Shown here piece after piece: positions 10,454 through 23,793 of a stretch of DNA of 64,000 nucleotides; the stretch's first letter is position 1; every line of letters starts with the position of its first letter. The notes below the pieces were generated by a model, which did no database searches, was not told where the DNA came from, and worked only from the letters and a program-made list of their open reading frames with translations. This stretch comes from Tubiluchus corallicola. Its lineage: Eukaryota > Animalia > Priapulida. Location of the stretch: the NCBI GenBank assembly GCA_030141605.1, contig JAQGDQ010000029.1, forward strand, positions 558,001 through 622,000. The letters run 5' to 3'. The translations under genes and the position numbers were made by a program.

Positions 10454-10494
10454 ACACTTTTCACCGTGCATCTGAAACCTCTGGGCAAGCCTGA
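10454..10494 (+). CDS. GATA456: Probable terminal coding exon of the GATA gene (DTFHRASETSGQA*)
   Basis: 95-nt intron with pyrimidine tract TACTTTGTTCTGTCTAG; phase compatible; AATAAA at 10775. Alternative: read-through to the stop at 10399. Confidence 0.45.
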
Positions 10495-11888
10495 CTTGGC
10501 GCATACAAATGTACACTAAATTGGAAAATGGCCTCCAGTGATACTAGCCAGTAACTTTTAACCATCATCTTTGGACGAATTTGTTCGTTATCGTTCTATT
10601 ACACGAGCTTTTGAAATTATAGCTTCAATGTTTAGCATGCAGAGTATGGGACCCAGTTTTTCACAATGCATCATTTCAGAATCATTGCACTATTCCTCAT
10701 AACAATTTGCACATAACTATTAAGTACGTGTAAAAAATTCTGATCGGGAACCAAATGCAGAAATGTAAAATTCTAATAAATCATTAAATTACTCCTTGAG
10801 ATATATCAAGTTATTGACTGTTCAAAAGATCATGATGAGACAAGTTCACCTGTCTGTAATGATTTACCTGTTCAAGAGCGACAGACATTTGAAAAACACG
10901 GCAGACAAAACAATTACACTGAAGACCCAAAATTATTAACAGTGGATTTGTAACATGAGTATGGAATTTCGTGTTATTGTTTACTGCTAAAATATAAACC
11001 ACGCACAACAACTATACGAAAAACATTTGCTTAGCATTATGCTACACTTCATTGTTTTCTATTGAAAAAACTGTTTGTGATGTGCTAATGCTTACATATA
11101 TACATATAACCTCTAACTGCATAAATTATATATAATATGTGGAATAGTTTAAGAGTTGGGAAGCTGACGACTTCGTTCATCTTGTTTCATTTTGCAAGCG
11201 AATGCTTATTAAGTCTGCACTCTAAAGTAATTCTGCAAAATGGAATTTTTGAGATGTGAAACCACAACTGTCCTATAATTCACCTTATGCTGCTGCTATG
11301 CTTTCAAATCAGTCACATGGTAAGCTTACTAAACTACTTTTCAGAATTAATTAATTACTTTCAAACCACGCTTTAACAATTTAAATGCTTACCTATGTCA
11401 GTGTGTAACTGCTGCAGTAATTGAAAATACCTTGAGCTGACCATTGGTTATAGGCTTAACCAGTGTACACTGAGCAGCACACAAATACATGCATCAGTTG
11501 TTTGTTAACGGGTGTTGAATAAGTTGGTTAACATGGTTGTGAGGAAATTGGTCAGAAGAAAGTGCAGAAACAACAAAATTTAATTATAAGCTGTCAGGTT
11601 GGGCTTCTTAGTCCTCCATGCTAGTGAAACAGGTACTGTGATGGTACAAAGCACCTACTAGACCATGGGGTCTTTATACCTGCTATGCATTGCTGAAATG
11701 CAGTGTTTTCGTACAAACGAGTTACCAGCACAATGTAGGTGGTTGAAAATTATTGGCGTTATTATAAAAATAGCTAAAATATTGCACAGTAATTATCTTA
11801 CTGAGGTTGTCCTTACAACGCTCTGCTTTCTCCAACTGAATGGATTGTTTCTTAATATATTCAGTGTTGCTTGTAAAAAAAGAATTAA

Positions 11889-12445
11889 AGGAAGACGGAA
11901 TGATTTTTTCACATTCGATCCCATTTTCAAGTCCGATAAAAAGTATACATTTTAACGCAATTAGTACTGCAAAAACGTTTCAGACAATTAAATAATAGAT
12001 TAAAAACTTAATTAAGGGTGTGCAAGCCCCCTTAATTGATGACATCACAAACTAACATACTTTTCAATAGCAAAGATATTCTACGAGCGTGTTGTACTAA
12101 AACTAGGCATGTTTTAAGATAAAAGTTCAAATTTCAAATTTACCACTGTGCTCACGCAAGAGTTGTCGAATGTGTGCAGTTCGTCATAAACTAACACATC
12201 TGTTACTGAGAGGTACAGTACCTGTTTTTGTGCAATGCGTTTCCGAAATGCAGGCGCTAGTGCCTGTCTAACTAGCGAATGGTGAAATGCATGTAACAGC
12301 AAAGAACTAGTGGCGCGAATGCGAAATTGTATTTATGTGGTAATAATTCTTTCACGTAAGTCATTCTTTAAAAATATATGTCTCCTTTCAATATTTTAAA
12401 GAGTAGATGTTTTCACCTATATTTAAGATTGGGTCCGGCTTTGCT
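11889..12445 (+). mobile_element. Kolobok-like non-autonomous DNA transposon, family A copy 1
   Basis: TTAA flanks; ends AGGAAGACGGA...TCCGGCTTTGCT; colinear with 21809-22372. Confidence 0.75.
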
Positions 12446-12454
12446 TTAAACTAC

Positions 12455-12790
12455 ATATCTTACCCCGAGAGACTTATGTTACTAGGCTTACAACCTCTTG
12501 AAGAACGGCGTCTGAAAACGATTTAGTCATGTGTTATAATATCATACACAAAGAAGTAGATTTAGACTCAATATTTTTTAGCCGTTTAATTACCGATAAC
12601 ACGTGGCGGAATCATCCTCTAAATTTATGTGTGAGATGTTTCCAAAACTAATTTTACTCATTTCTTTTCAAATCATGTAGTGCCAATATGGAATTCTCTA
12701 CCATCACATATAAATGGACATCCTTTGGTCACTGGAATGAATGCCAAATTATTTCCGAAACGTTTAAACACATAGAATTTAAATTATTAT
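12455..12790 (+). mobile_element. CR1-type LINE 3' fragment
   Basis: Translates YPERLMLLGLQPLEERRL..DLVMCYNIIH...FSNHVVPIWNSLP with frameshifts. Confidence 0.8.
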
Positions 12791-13179
12791 TCGTATTACG
12801 CGCAAGTAAAGAAATTACATTGTTTAACAATGAGTTTAGCGAATTGGGGCAGCAGTTCAGTACACATATAATTATATCATAGTTAATGGTTTCTGCAGTT
12901 GATTTTACACATTTTACATTTACTTTTTTTGTAAAATGTTTATAGTACTTTCAAGAAGCAACTATGGTGTTTAATTAACTGTTTATACCGTTAAGAAACG
13001 ATACCAATGTTCCTATCAAGTATGTGCGAAGTTTTGATCACGACATTACACGAAGAAAATAACTCCTGAAGATTACTACATTAACATTATAGAAGTTTAT
13101 GTACAAAAATAGATTTTCTTCAAAAATTCTTGGTGATTCCCTTAGATTTGTCCAAAGACACAGACGTTTAATTCAGACG

Positions 13180-13722
13180 TCAACAAGCCAAATATGTAAA
13201 AATTGTCATTATTGTCAAATGTACAGCAAGTGCTCTACGTGTCTACTACACTACAAATTACACAAGGTTTCTTTGAACAGGTGATGCAGTTTGTCTTTGC
13301 ATTAGGAGTATCTGGTTCCAAATCAACAATTTTTGCCTTTAGTTCCTCTGCATCAAACGACTCTGTGCGGCCATTGTACACTTTCTCTTTAAGGAAATTC
13401 CATAAACATGGGTACCGCTAATCCAGAGAATTAAGTCCCATTTTTTCTTTGCAACAAAAATTATCAGTGCTTTATTTTTCTGTTGACAAAATAAGATGTA
13501 AACTTGCCGACTTCTTTATTATTTTGCTCCATGTATTGAGTGTTTTATACGTCACTGAACGATCAGCTGACGTGTTAAGCATTTATCTTTTTAACATGCA
13601 AAAGTTTTTAGTTATAACTTAAAAACTCACTGAAACACTAAAATTTCTAACTTTCGTAGGGTACTCACTTCTAATATTATCATAGTAAAAAAACTTCTTC
13701 ACATTTTTTCTGCACCACCCTG
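13180..13722 (-). mobile_element. Decayed Tc1/mariner element
   Basis: Minus strand TA then CAGGGTGGTGCAG end at 13722; transposase remnant LNSLD..CLWNFLKEKVY...EELKAKI. Left boundary uncertain. Confidence 0.65.
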
Positions 13723-14125
13723 TATATCAACACTTAATAACTTGCAAGGGTAAAGACCTTTGTATATAAGAAACTGCAATGAAGTACATTGCACAAGCTA
13801 CTGTCATGAGACACTGAAAGTCAAAGGTTAAATTTTAAATCATTTTACAAATCTGAGGAGTGCTAGGTGACACAAAACAAGGAGGAGGCAGCGTTGCACG
13901 TGGCTGAGCGTTTAATGACCTCCTAAACTGAATTTATGACATGCGTAAATGGGGCGAGTTATTAAAAAGAAATTACATTAAAGAAAGTTATGTAATATTC
14001 AAGTGCAGATGACGTGTGAACGCAAAAACAATGCGGTTTGAAACGTGCTTAATTTTAACGACATTGGCGTTGTTATATCTCACTGTGACAACGGTAAGTT
14101 TATTCACAGATATACGTGTACTTAA

Positions 14126-14784
14126 AGGACAAGAAAAGGGAAGGTGCCTGAAGTAGGTTTCAACAAAATCACCTTAAAAGATTATATTACTTTACAGCAA
14201 TTTTATGCGTATATCGTACACGCGTTGAAATGATTTTTTGTCTATTTTCATTTTAAATCTCCCGAAATACTGTTCCGACCGTATTACATAACGTCATACA
14301 CGCACAACGTAAATCAGGGGCAGAAAGGGAAATGTTAAGTTATGTCCTAAAAAACTGCAAATTTATATCACGTAGTACATGTATTTCGTTTACCTGCTTG
14401 AAAGACTTATGTAACTAGAAAAAAATTATTATTTAAAATGTTTTCACCAATTGGTAAAATGTCATTGACTCACCTCCAGGATGCACCACTCGCTAACCAA
14501 AAACGTATTTTTAATCTTATTGACAAGATACAGTAATTTAAAATTTTACTTAGTTAGTGACATCTGCGCTTCGAATGTTTTGATTATTTTTTTCAAAGTT
14601 TACACAATGTTATCTAAACTTGTTTCAAATGACTAATCGTCAAAATGCCTGCGTCTAACGGTCATTGCGGATTTTACATGTTTCACACTGTGTTACTGCC
14701 GACGCAAGCACTGCAGTATATAAGTGGTATAAAATTCTAAGACACATTTTTTAGCTTTGTGTTAGTGGAGGGTTTTCTTATGCT
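14126..14784 (+). mobile_element. Kolobok-like non-autonomous element, family B
   Basis: TTAA then AGGACAAGAAAA...TTTTCTTATGCT then TCAA; reverse-complement homolog at 35526-36112. Confidence 0.75.
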
Positions 14785-15609
14785 TCAAATAAAGTATTAC
14801 AAAATAGTTGATATGATTTCTGAAATATACACAGAAAACGCCGCTTTAGCCGCTAGTTTAGTAGCTACCATTTCAGTAATTGTCCATACGACGGTGATAA
14901 CGACGTCGACAGTTATAATGGTGGCGATGACGATGAAAGATGACGACGGTTAGTATGACTGCAGCTGCAATGACAAACACAAGTTCAAAGGTGGGCCATA
15001 ACTGTTCAAGGAAATTTTGGCATTAATAAATACAAAATCATAACATAGCAATAGTTCAAAGTCATTCGGGACCAGCAGCTTCCATTTACAATCACATGGG
15101 TCATCACTCAGAAATCAATAAATTGAAATCCACATTTATCACTTGACTATGCCTGGTTCTGAACGGTTTACTCACATAAGAACGGTGATACCTAAGTACT
15201 TTCTCCAGAGTAAAGTTTTTCCAGCTCTCTCCTTGATAAGCCAGTCCTTCTGGGAAATTTAGACTTATTTCAAAGTTTGCGAAAAATGTTAGAAGGATTT
15301 TGTAACAAAACTTCGATAAGCGTCTCGTGTAATCATTAAAATCACTTTAAAGACACGTTCATTTCGTGCTTGGGCGCTCCCATTTTGAACGCCCATTCTT
15401 CCACCAATGACGTCACTCGTCAGCTAAAGAAAAACAGCGTGCTGTCAATTTCTGTCAAAAGTACAAGTTTTTACAAAGAATTGGATAGCTAATTTTGAGA
15501 TATTTCGCTAAGCGCGTAATTTCACGTTGCACGCAGCACTTGTTGTGACCACGCACTCCTGTCCACCACCACTACTCACGATGCATTAGCCCTAAATGTA
15601 GGGTGGTAT

Positions 15610-16167
15610 TTGCTAAATCTTTTTGCAGTAATTGATCGTGCAGCTAAATATGTTTCTAACGTGAAGCCATCACAAGAAAGTCCTATCGATATGAAAAGGG
15701 CAAAATTATGTGGCAAAATCCTTAACTCATCTGGATCTAAGTACAAAATCTACAGGACAGTCAATCCTCGATTAGAAGTGCATAAAGTGTACGTAAACCG
15801 GGAACTCAGTATTAATGTACCTGAAGTAAAAAGACTTGCGTTTACAAGATTCCGCTTGTCCGCTCACCTTCTCATAATAGAAAGAGGGAGATGGAATAAG
15901 CTACCTTTGGAAGAGCACCTCTGTGTTTGCAGAACGGGACGTTCAGGATGAAGAACGCATTCTGTGTCACTGTGTGAAAAGTGAACATTTTAGAGAACTT
16001 TATAGCAATTTGGACCTTACTAATATACAATAATTATATAATAGGTTGGACCATCTGACAATCATAATAATTTCAATTGATCATATTTTTGTTATAACTA
16101 ACCTAACTTGTAATTCTTGAATTGATTAGTAACTGATTTGAATGGACTGCCATCAGTCAATAAATTT
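15610..16167 (+). mobile_element. 5'-truncated LINE (CR1/L2 group) 3' end
   Basis: FTRFRLSAHLLIIERGRW..LCVC...QDEERILCHC ORF2 C-terminal motif; AATAAA at 16159 directly before the trinucleotide tail. Confidence 0.8.
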
Positions 16168-16815
<648 letters not shown>

Positions 16816-18098
16816 ATCTACTCTTTATCTCTCTATCTATATGTTTCAGAAACTGATCCTCTCGTGGCTTTTGTAATTTTTTTGTCGACTTCCGTCAGAA
16901 GTAATATAATCGTTTACCTTATTTTGTGGTATTTTCGCATGAACGTTAGGTAAGCTGCAGAAGTTTAAATTAACTTAAGGAACGCACGCTTGCGGAAAGC
17001 CACGATGCGCTTACGAAAAACCACGAAGTCCACCAGTTACGTGAATTTTCAAGTGAATGGCAGCTACCAGCGCAACTGAAACAGCGATAGCATATATTAA
17101 CCTGTATATAAAACCTTGGTATATTTTCTAAGTTTAAGTTATACATAGCAGTAAAATAAACCTAATATGAGAATTAACGTGAATTAACCTTTAATCGAAA
17201 ACTGCTAAATAGCGATTCAAAGAAAATTCAGTTAACCAACAGATCTTTCTGTAAATATCGGTTGACTGGATATAGAAATCAAATTAACTATCCGTAATCG
17301 ATAACCTAAGGAAAATGGCAAAAAAATGGAATGAATTGGATTAAGTTAGGCTCTGAATTTCTCACTTTATGGTGAAACCCACCCCGCCCCTACCCTCACC
17401 TGGCAACCCACTTTTTCAAAGCAATTCCCTTAGGAAATTCGTGTAACCAGTTAAGGTAAGCATTAGGTTAGAGATTAAAACATTTGCCCACAGAAGCTAT
17501 ACTATTACTGAGCTGTTATGACTGTTTTACTATTGGTGTAGGGATATTAATTAGAAGTATGTTGTAATTAACGGGGAAGTAATTTTCTGTTAGAGAATTC
17601 CACGGATAACATGCCCGAGGGAAAACAGGGTTATAAGTAGCTGTCCTACGTCCGTCAGGGGACGTGATCTTCATGCTGCTTTTCAATAATCAATCAATAC
17701 TGATCAATATTTTTTATTGATTCTTTAGATTTTGGGCAATATTTCCTGCCTCAACCACCTTTTTTTTTAAAAAACATGGATTAATTTCCTAAAAGTTCCT
17801 AACCAGTTTATATGTAAGTTTCGTACTTCTGAAATGTAACTTTGCGAAACTTGAAAGCGATGAACTCAAGTGTGATGAGTTATGCCTAAGGTAGAAAAAA
17901 GAAATTAATGTGCCGAATCACGTTTTTTATGTCACAACACGTGTAGTGGTAATTAAACCACACAATCACAACTTTAGTCATTTCTAAAGTATCCAAAGAG
18001 TAATATTGCGTAAATACGTGTATGAAATATTTAAAAGCGTAACATTTACTGGCCTATTAACCTAGTAGCAAGTGACAGAGTAAATATCTTGCAGCATC

Positions 18099-18233
18099 AA
18101 ATAATAATAACAATAACAACAACAACAATGTTAATGATAATGATAATGATGATGATAATGATGATGATGATAATGATAATAAACAACAACAACCACAACC
18201 ACAACCACAACCACCAACCACCAACCACCAACC

Positions 18234-18290
<57 letters not shown>

Positions 18291-18297
18291 AATATTA
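18099..18297. repeat. Compound trinucleotide microsatellite (ATA/ACA/ATG/ACC/CAA)
   Basis: Directly visible. Confidence 0.95.
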
Positions 18298-18885
18298 ATA
18301 AAATTAGTCATTACTATAAAAGTTACACATCATTGAATGGTAAACTACGCATTTACAATATTTAAGAAATAGTTTTTTGTAAAATGCTAAACGGGTGAAA
18401 TTGAAATTTCCATTTCTATAGAAAATGAGAAAAGATCAAAGAAATTCTTTTTGTCAGCAAAGAAAAGTTGATTAACTAGTCCTTTGAGTAATGATTAGTG
18501 GTCTATAAAAACACTTACTTGTTTCAAGTTGTTCTGGAATGCAGAGAAACTGCCTTAAAGCGTCTTTTGATGCCTCCAAAATGTCCTCAAACCTGTAAAA
18601 TTCATCAACGGGGGATCAGTAGCAGGGCACCCCCTCGATCCCGGTTTAAGAGCTTAGCTGACTGTTGGGCTTTTGGGTGAAATTGCCCTTCAATCACCAT
18701 TTGAATTTCAGATTATACGGCGGTAAGAGAGTTAAAAAATGTTTAAAAATACTCGACTGTGGTCGGAGAGAGAGAGCAAATTAATCCAAAAGGAACTTTC
18801 TCAAACGAGTTCTCCAGAACAAAGTTACAATAAATTTTGCAGTTCAAGACGCTCCAGAGTCACTGAGAAACGGGAAACAAGAACT

Positions 18886-19120
18886 GGGTTCACTCTGACA
18901 GCAAACTTACAAATGTGAACTACTTTGCGAGTTACTGTCTAGTGTGAACGCCTGGGCGAGTTACTCTCGACACTTCTCGCATTGATTAGAGACGTGAATG
19001 TCAGCTCGTGTTTACTGTCGGAGAGTAACTCAAAGCAAGTTTTGCTCTCTGTTTTGAACACACTTTTGTGAGCTACTTGATGAGTTACTTGGTGAGAAAA
19101 CTCGCTGGTCTGAACGTGCT
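18886..19120 (+). mobile_element. Palindromic PIF/Harbinger-like MITE, copy 1
   Basis: Shares TACTTTGCGAGTTACTGTCTAGTGTGAACGC and GAGTTACTTGG.GAGAAAACTCG with 23522-23793. Its right end is inverted-complementary to the left end of copy 2. Confidence 0.65.
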
Positions 19121-19249
19121 GTACAGATTTCGGCCTAGAAAGAAGTAACCAAACAGGCTCTCCTGAATGTGTAATTAATTAGTGCATGTATATGTACGTA
19201 TATATAATATGCATGAATATATATTGCCCTATCTAACCGAGAAACGTCT

Positions 19250-19875
19250 AACATCAGAAAATGTGTATAGGTGAAAGTGAAGTACGAAAGGTATACTTTG
19301 TCAAAATATTAGAGGGTCAATCAGTCTTAAACTTTACTCAACACATAGATAATTGTATAAAGAAATGCAATGAGTGATTGTATTATCTATATGCTTTGAA
19401 ATCCTATGAAGTACCAACTTTACATACTCGAATACAACTGTCAACTATTTCATTTTGAGGAAAGAAAATGTTCAGAGCGTATTCAGAGGAAAGTGGTAAA
19501 TGTAGAACTAGAAGCCTTAGGGGGAAACGGGATAAAGATTGTATCAAACATACCATTAAACCAATTAAATCTGAGTCTGCACTGTTACCAAAATTACATT
19601 ATTCATATAGAAGAGGTTACCAGTTCATCCTGCCAGAAGTTATAGCAAGTAAATATAGAAATTGTTTCATACCGTCTGCTGCTACTCTGTTCAACAATAT
19701 TCATTTCCACAAAGTGTAAAACACTTTGATTAAGTTTAAGTGTAAAATGTTTTTATGTGAAGAATGTATTATACATACGTTCTTGTTCATTGCAACCTAA
19801 AAGTACGTTTTTATGAAACATGAAAATAAAGCTTTAAAGTGTGATAAAATAAATCTAATTTCTAAATCTAAATTT
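19250..19875 (+). mobile_element. Rex1/CR1-group LINE 3' fragment
   Basis: LNFTQHIDNCIKKCN..LYYLYALK, ERIQRKV, KYRNCFIPSAATLFN remnants; AATAAA and an (AATCTA)-like tail. Confidence 0.7.
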
Positions 19876-20787
19876 AAACTTTTAAATGATATTAATTAAC
19901 TTTGTCAATTAATGATATTGCACCTTTTCTTTTCTTTGTATAGTACGTAAATGTATCATGAATACGGATGAAGTAATGCGTATAATATTATAGGTGAATA
20001 GTCGAAAGGTGCGACGAATTTTTGGAAAGCCCCATAAACAGCCTAGACGTCGCCAACGTAAACCAGATCTTCTAGGTCTGTATACAGTGTATCTATAATT
20101 ATGCGCTATATAAGTTTTAAAGTTGTTATAACCAAGTAACGGTTGGTATAAGTCGCCCGACATTCCTTCAGGACCGCACCATTCAAAATTGGTCTTATAA
20201 GACCAATAACTTTTCTAATACTGTGTGAGCACAGACATAACTAAATGATTACAAAATGAGGTACTGTTCTATTCAGTAGAATCTTGGTTATCCAGTCATG
20301 CTATTTGTTTAAACATTTATGAGTAATGTAATTGGATAAAATTAAGAAAAACACCATTTCAGGCACTCCAAATTAGCCTATTCAGTAGTTTAGTCTGGTG
20401 TGCACTAGCGTGATCGTGCGCACTAATTTATTGATCGCCTGCTTGCTACAGCTCAAGCTGTGCAGTGTTCTGCTACTATTCCAGGAAAAACTAACTGATC
20501 AGCCAAGGACAAATTGAAGTCGTTTCAAATTTTAATAGGAATTTCTCTTAAAAATAATGTAGACCTGAGACCAAACTGTATTAAACTGGATACACTTCAG
20601 TTGCTGCAAGCTTTTTTCAATTTTTTTTTTATCAGAAATTAATTTTTAATTTATATTAGTTTCCCATGTGCATTTCCCATATATTTTGCATGAAAATCTG
20701 TTACAAGGGGAGTAGAGACCTACAAAAATCATCAAATACAATATAACCGCAGCTTTGTGAGAGCAGCTTTTCTTGAACCTAGGCAAA

Positions 20788-20805
20788 ATGCAGCAAACTC
20801 TTGTG
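20788..20805 (+). CDS. Pentraxin gene, candidate start exon (MQQTLV)
   Basis: CAAAATG context and GTGAGA donor, phase 0. Very short, so weakly supported. Confidence 0.3.
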
Positions 20806-21171
20806 GTGAGAAGGAGTTGAAAATGAAGTGAGAATCGCTTTTGTGTTATTGTGTGGAATAAGTATTGTGTGTTAATTGGTATCTTGACACCAAATTGTAT
20901 CTAATAATATTTCTGCATGATTAGAGTCCCAACCTTTCTGGACGCTGCACATAATTAGGTGCTGCGTCCAGAAAGATAGTACCCAGAACTGATGGTTTTG
21001 GGGTTCATTATGTAACAGAAGGCTCATTAATAATCATTATGTAACAATGCAGCTTTACGCAAAAAAGTGCTGTATTATGTAAGAAATCGGAAAATTCCTC
21101 ATTATGTAACAAATTCTGTGTCATTATGCAACAGTAATTATGTAATAAAATTAGTGAAAGGTTGTCTGCAG

Positions 21172-21202
21172 GTAGGCCTTGCATATGTTCACTCCACTAC
21201 AG
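21172..21202 (+). CDS. Pentraxin gene, candidate exon 2 (VGLAYVHSTT, signal-peptide end)
   Basis: CTGCAG acceptor, CAG|GTGAGA donor, phase 0 to 1, matching the next exon. Confidence 0.45.
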
Positions 21203-21590
21203 GTGAGAAGTAGACAAAATTAGACCAATCTTTGCATCAAATAAAGCGTCTTAATCGTTTCCCTAATGTTCACATGAGAAGTTTTCAATCTTCCACGTGG
21301 CATGTAATACTCGATAACCAAGTAAGAAATCTGGCAGTAGCATAAGCGTACAAGATGGGGCATTTTTGGCAATGGGGTAGGGCGATTTCCGACTCGAAGT
21401 TGACACCGAATTTTTCGAACTGGTGGCTCAGTCCCCCTCCCCCTCTTGGATAAATAGTGTATATCTTAAACAAGTGATTTACCTACTGTAACTGTATAGA
21501 TTTCTGATAAATCAAGGACTAAATTTGGTTGTGATGTATGTTTTTGAAAAAACGGCAAGATTTTAAATTTGGCTCGGTGTATAATTTCAG

Positions 21591-21720
21591 GTGAACCATG
21601 TGCCAAACTCGATCCTCACGTTTACGATCTGTGCTTTAATGGAAGGAATAATACTCGTGCAGAACTTACTGGTTCCATCATACAGAAACGAAAACACTTC
21701 CCTGAATACACTCTATGCGG
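21591..21720 (+). CDS. Pentraxin gene exon (domain N-terminus)
   Basis: TTTCAG acceptor, GTAGGT donor, phase 1 to 2; EPCAKLDPHVYDLCFNGRNNTRAELTGSIIQKRKHFPEYTLC aligns to pentraxin L.F...FT.C. Confidence 0.75.
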
Positions 21721-21808
21721 GTAGGTACCAGCTGGAGTACTTTTCTTGCAGAAAACAAGATTACGGTACACACTAGTACATCGGGTAGAAACAAAAAGCA
21801 TTACTTAA

Positions 21809-22372
21809 AGGAAGACTTCAAGTACGGTAAAAGTATACATTTTAACAACAATAATACTGCAACAGCGGTTCTGGTAATTAAACAATAGCTTAAAATCTTA
21901 GGGTGAGAGAGCCCAGCTATTGACGACATCACAAATGAATATAATTTTCAAAAGCAAAAACGTTCTATGAGCGTGTTACACATGTTTGCGAAAAGGAAGA
22001 TTGAAGTAAAGTGCTACTGTAAGAGTATCTTTTACTAAAACTCCACAACTTTTAAGAAAAAAATTCAAATTTTAAATCTATGGTTGTTCTTACACGTGAC
22101 CTGTCGAACATGTGCTGTACGTCACAAACGAAACATCTGAACTGAAGGGTGCATCTCCTGGTTTTTGTGCAACGCGTTTCCGAAGTATAGGCAGGCGCTA
22201 GTCTCCATCTAATTAGTGAATGACGAAATGCATGTAACAGCAAAAAAACTAGTGGCGCGAACGTGAAATTGTGTTTGTGTGGTAATAATTCTTTGATGTA
22301 AGTCATGTTTCTTTCAATATCTTAAAGAGTAGATTTTTTAACCTACAGTTTAATATTGAGTCCGGTTTTTCT
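21809..22372 (+). mobile_element. Kolobok-like non-autonomous DNA transposon, family A copy 2 (intronic)
   Basis: TTAA flanks; AGGAAGAC...TCCGGTTTTTCT ends; colinear with 11889-12445. Confidence 0.75.
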
Positions 22373-22429
22373 TTAATTTAAAGTTTAATAACTTTATATC
22401 TCAAAAATTCACCATTAAAATTCACCATT

Positions 22430-23075
22430 TTAATTAATTAAATTAAGCTAAACTAAACTAAACTAAACTAAAATCAACTCAATTCAATTCAATTCAATTC
22501 AATTAATTTCAACTCAACTCACTTCACCTCAACTTTACTTTACTTAGCTTAACTCTGATCAGCTTAACTTATATTAACTTAACTTAACTAACTCAATAGA
22601 CTAATTTAATTTAGGCGAATCTGCTTAATTTAGTTGAACTACAACTTAAAAGATACATAACTCCACAAATTTAGTGTTAAGTCACAGTTTATGCATTATT
22701 CACTTACTTCACTTCACTAGACTTTGACTTTGACTTGACTTGACTTGACTTGACCTGACCTGACTTGACCTGACCTGACCTGACCTGACCTGACATAACC
22801 TAACCTAACGTAACCTACCGTAACCTAACTTAACTTAGTTTAGTTCAATTCAATTCAATTTCATTTCATTTCATTTCATTTCATTTCATTTCATTTCATT
22901 TCATTTCATTTCATTTCATTTCATTTCATTTCATTTCATTTCATTTCATTTCATTTCATTTAATTTAATTTAATTTAATTTAATTTAATTTAATTTAATT
23001 TAATTTAATTTAATTTAATTTAATTTAATTTAATTTAATTTAATTTAATTTAATTTAATCAAATTAATTCAAATT
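22430..23075. repeat. Compound pentanucleotide microsatellite
   Basis: Successive AACTA, AATTC, AACTC, AACTT, GACTT, GACCT, AACCT, ATTTC and ATTTA arrays. Confidence 0.93.
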
Positions 23076-23202
23076 ATTTTTCTTCCAATACTGGTCCAGA
23101 TGCTGGCTGAACGTCTTGCTAAATGTTTCGTTCTTATACATTTAATCTTTTTGTCTTTACCTGACTCTGATCGTTTCATCAGATGCTGGTTGCTTTGCAC
23201 AG

Positions 23203-23301
23203 GTGCTTCAAATCATCTGCTGTACCAGGGCAAGATGGCATAGACGACCTCATGCTCGGATACGTATTTGACAATCAATTTAAGCACATACCTTGTGGAG
23301 A
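23203..23301 (+). CDS. Pentraxin gene exon
   Basis: TTTGCACAG acceptor, GTAAGA donor, phase 2-2; CFKSSAVPGQDGIDDLMLGYVFDNQFKHIPCG. Confidence 0.7.
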
Positions 23302-23521
23302 GTAAGACGTCTTAGTCCCATTTTACAGTATTTAGCACTCATTTTAAGTTTTTGTGAGCAAAACTTTAAAATGCAAATTTACAATTTGAACCGAAGTTAA
23401 GAAATTTAACAATTTTGACAACTACATTGTCTATAATGTTGTACTTTGGAGTTTAATTAACAACCAATAATTTATTTATTTATCATTTGTTTTTATGATA
23501 TCTTAAACTATTCTTTCTTAA

Positions 23522-23793
23522 GGTGGGTTCAGATTAGTGAGTTTTCTCTGTGACAGCAACCTGGCAAGCGTGAGTTACTTTGCGAGTTACTGTCGGCAAG
23601 TGCTAGTAAACTCACCAACAGATGCTGCGAGTTACTGTCTAGTGTGAACGCTTGGACGTGTTACTCTGGAAAGTGAAAATAGAAGGGAGTGTCAACTCGC
23701 GCTTGCTGTCGAAGAGAAACTCGCAGCAAATTTTGCTCTCTAATCGGAACGCGATTGCAAGTTACTTTGCGAGTTACTTGGCGAGAAAACTCG
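23522..23793 (+). mobile_element. Palindromic PIF/Harbinger-like MITE, copy 2 (intronic)
   Basis: TAA then GGTGGGTTCAGATTAGTGAGTTTTCTC...GAGAAAACTCG; homologous to 18886-19120. Confidence 0.65.

Noticed and set aside
22794-22832. (TTAGG)n arthropod telomeric repeat
   Set aside because: Only a few imperfect AACCT units, explained as one step of the pentamer microsatellite walk.
23523-23536. 14-nt micro-exon with AG and GTGAGT sites in the pentraxin intron
   Set aside because: It coincides with the terminal inverted repeat of the MITE and would break the frame.
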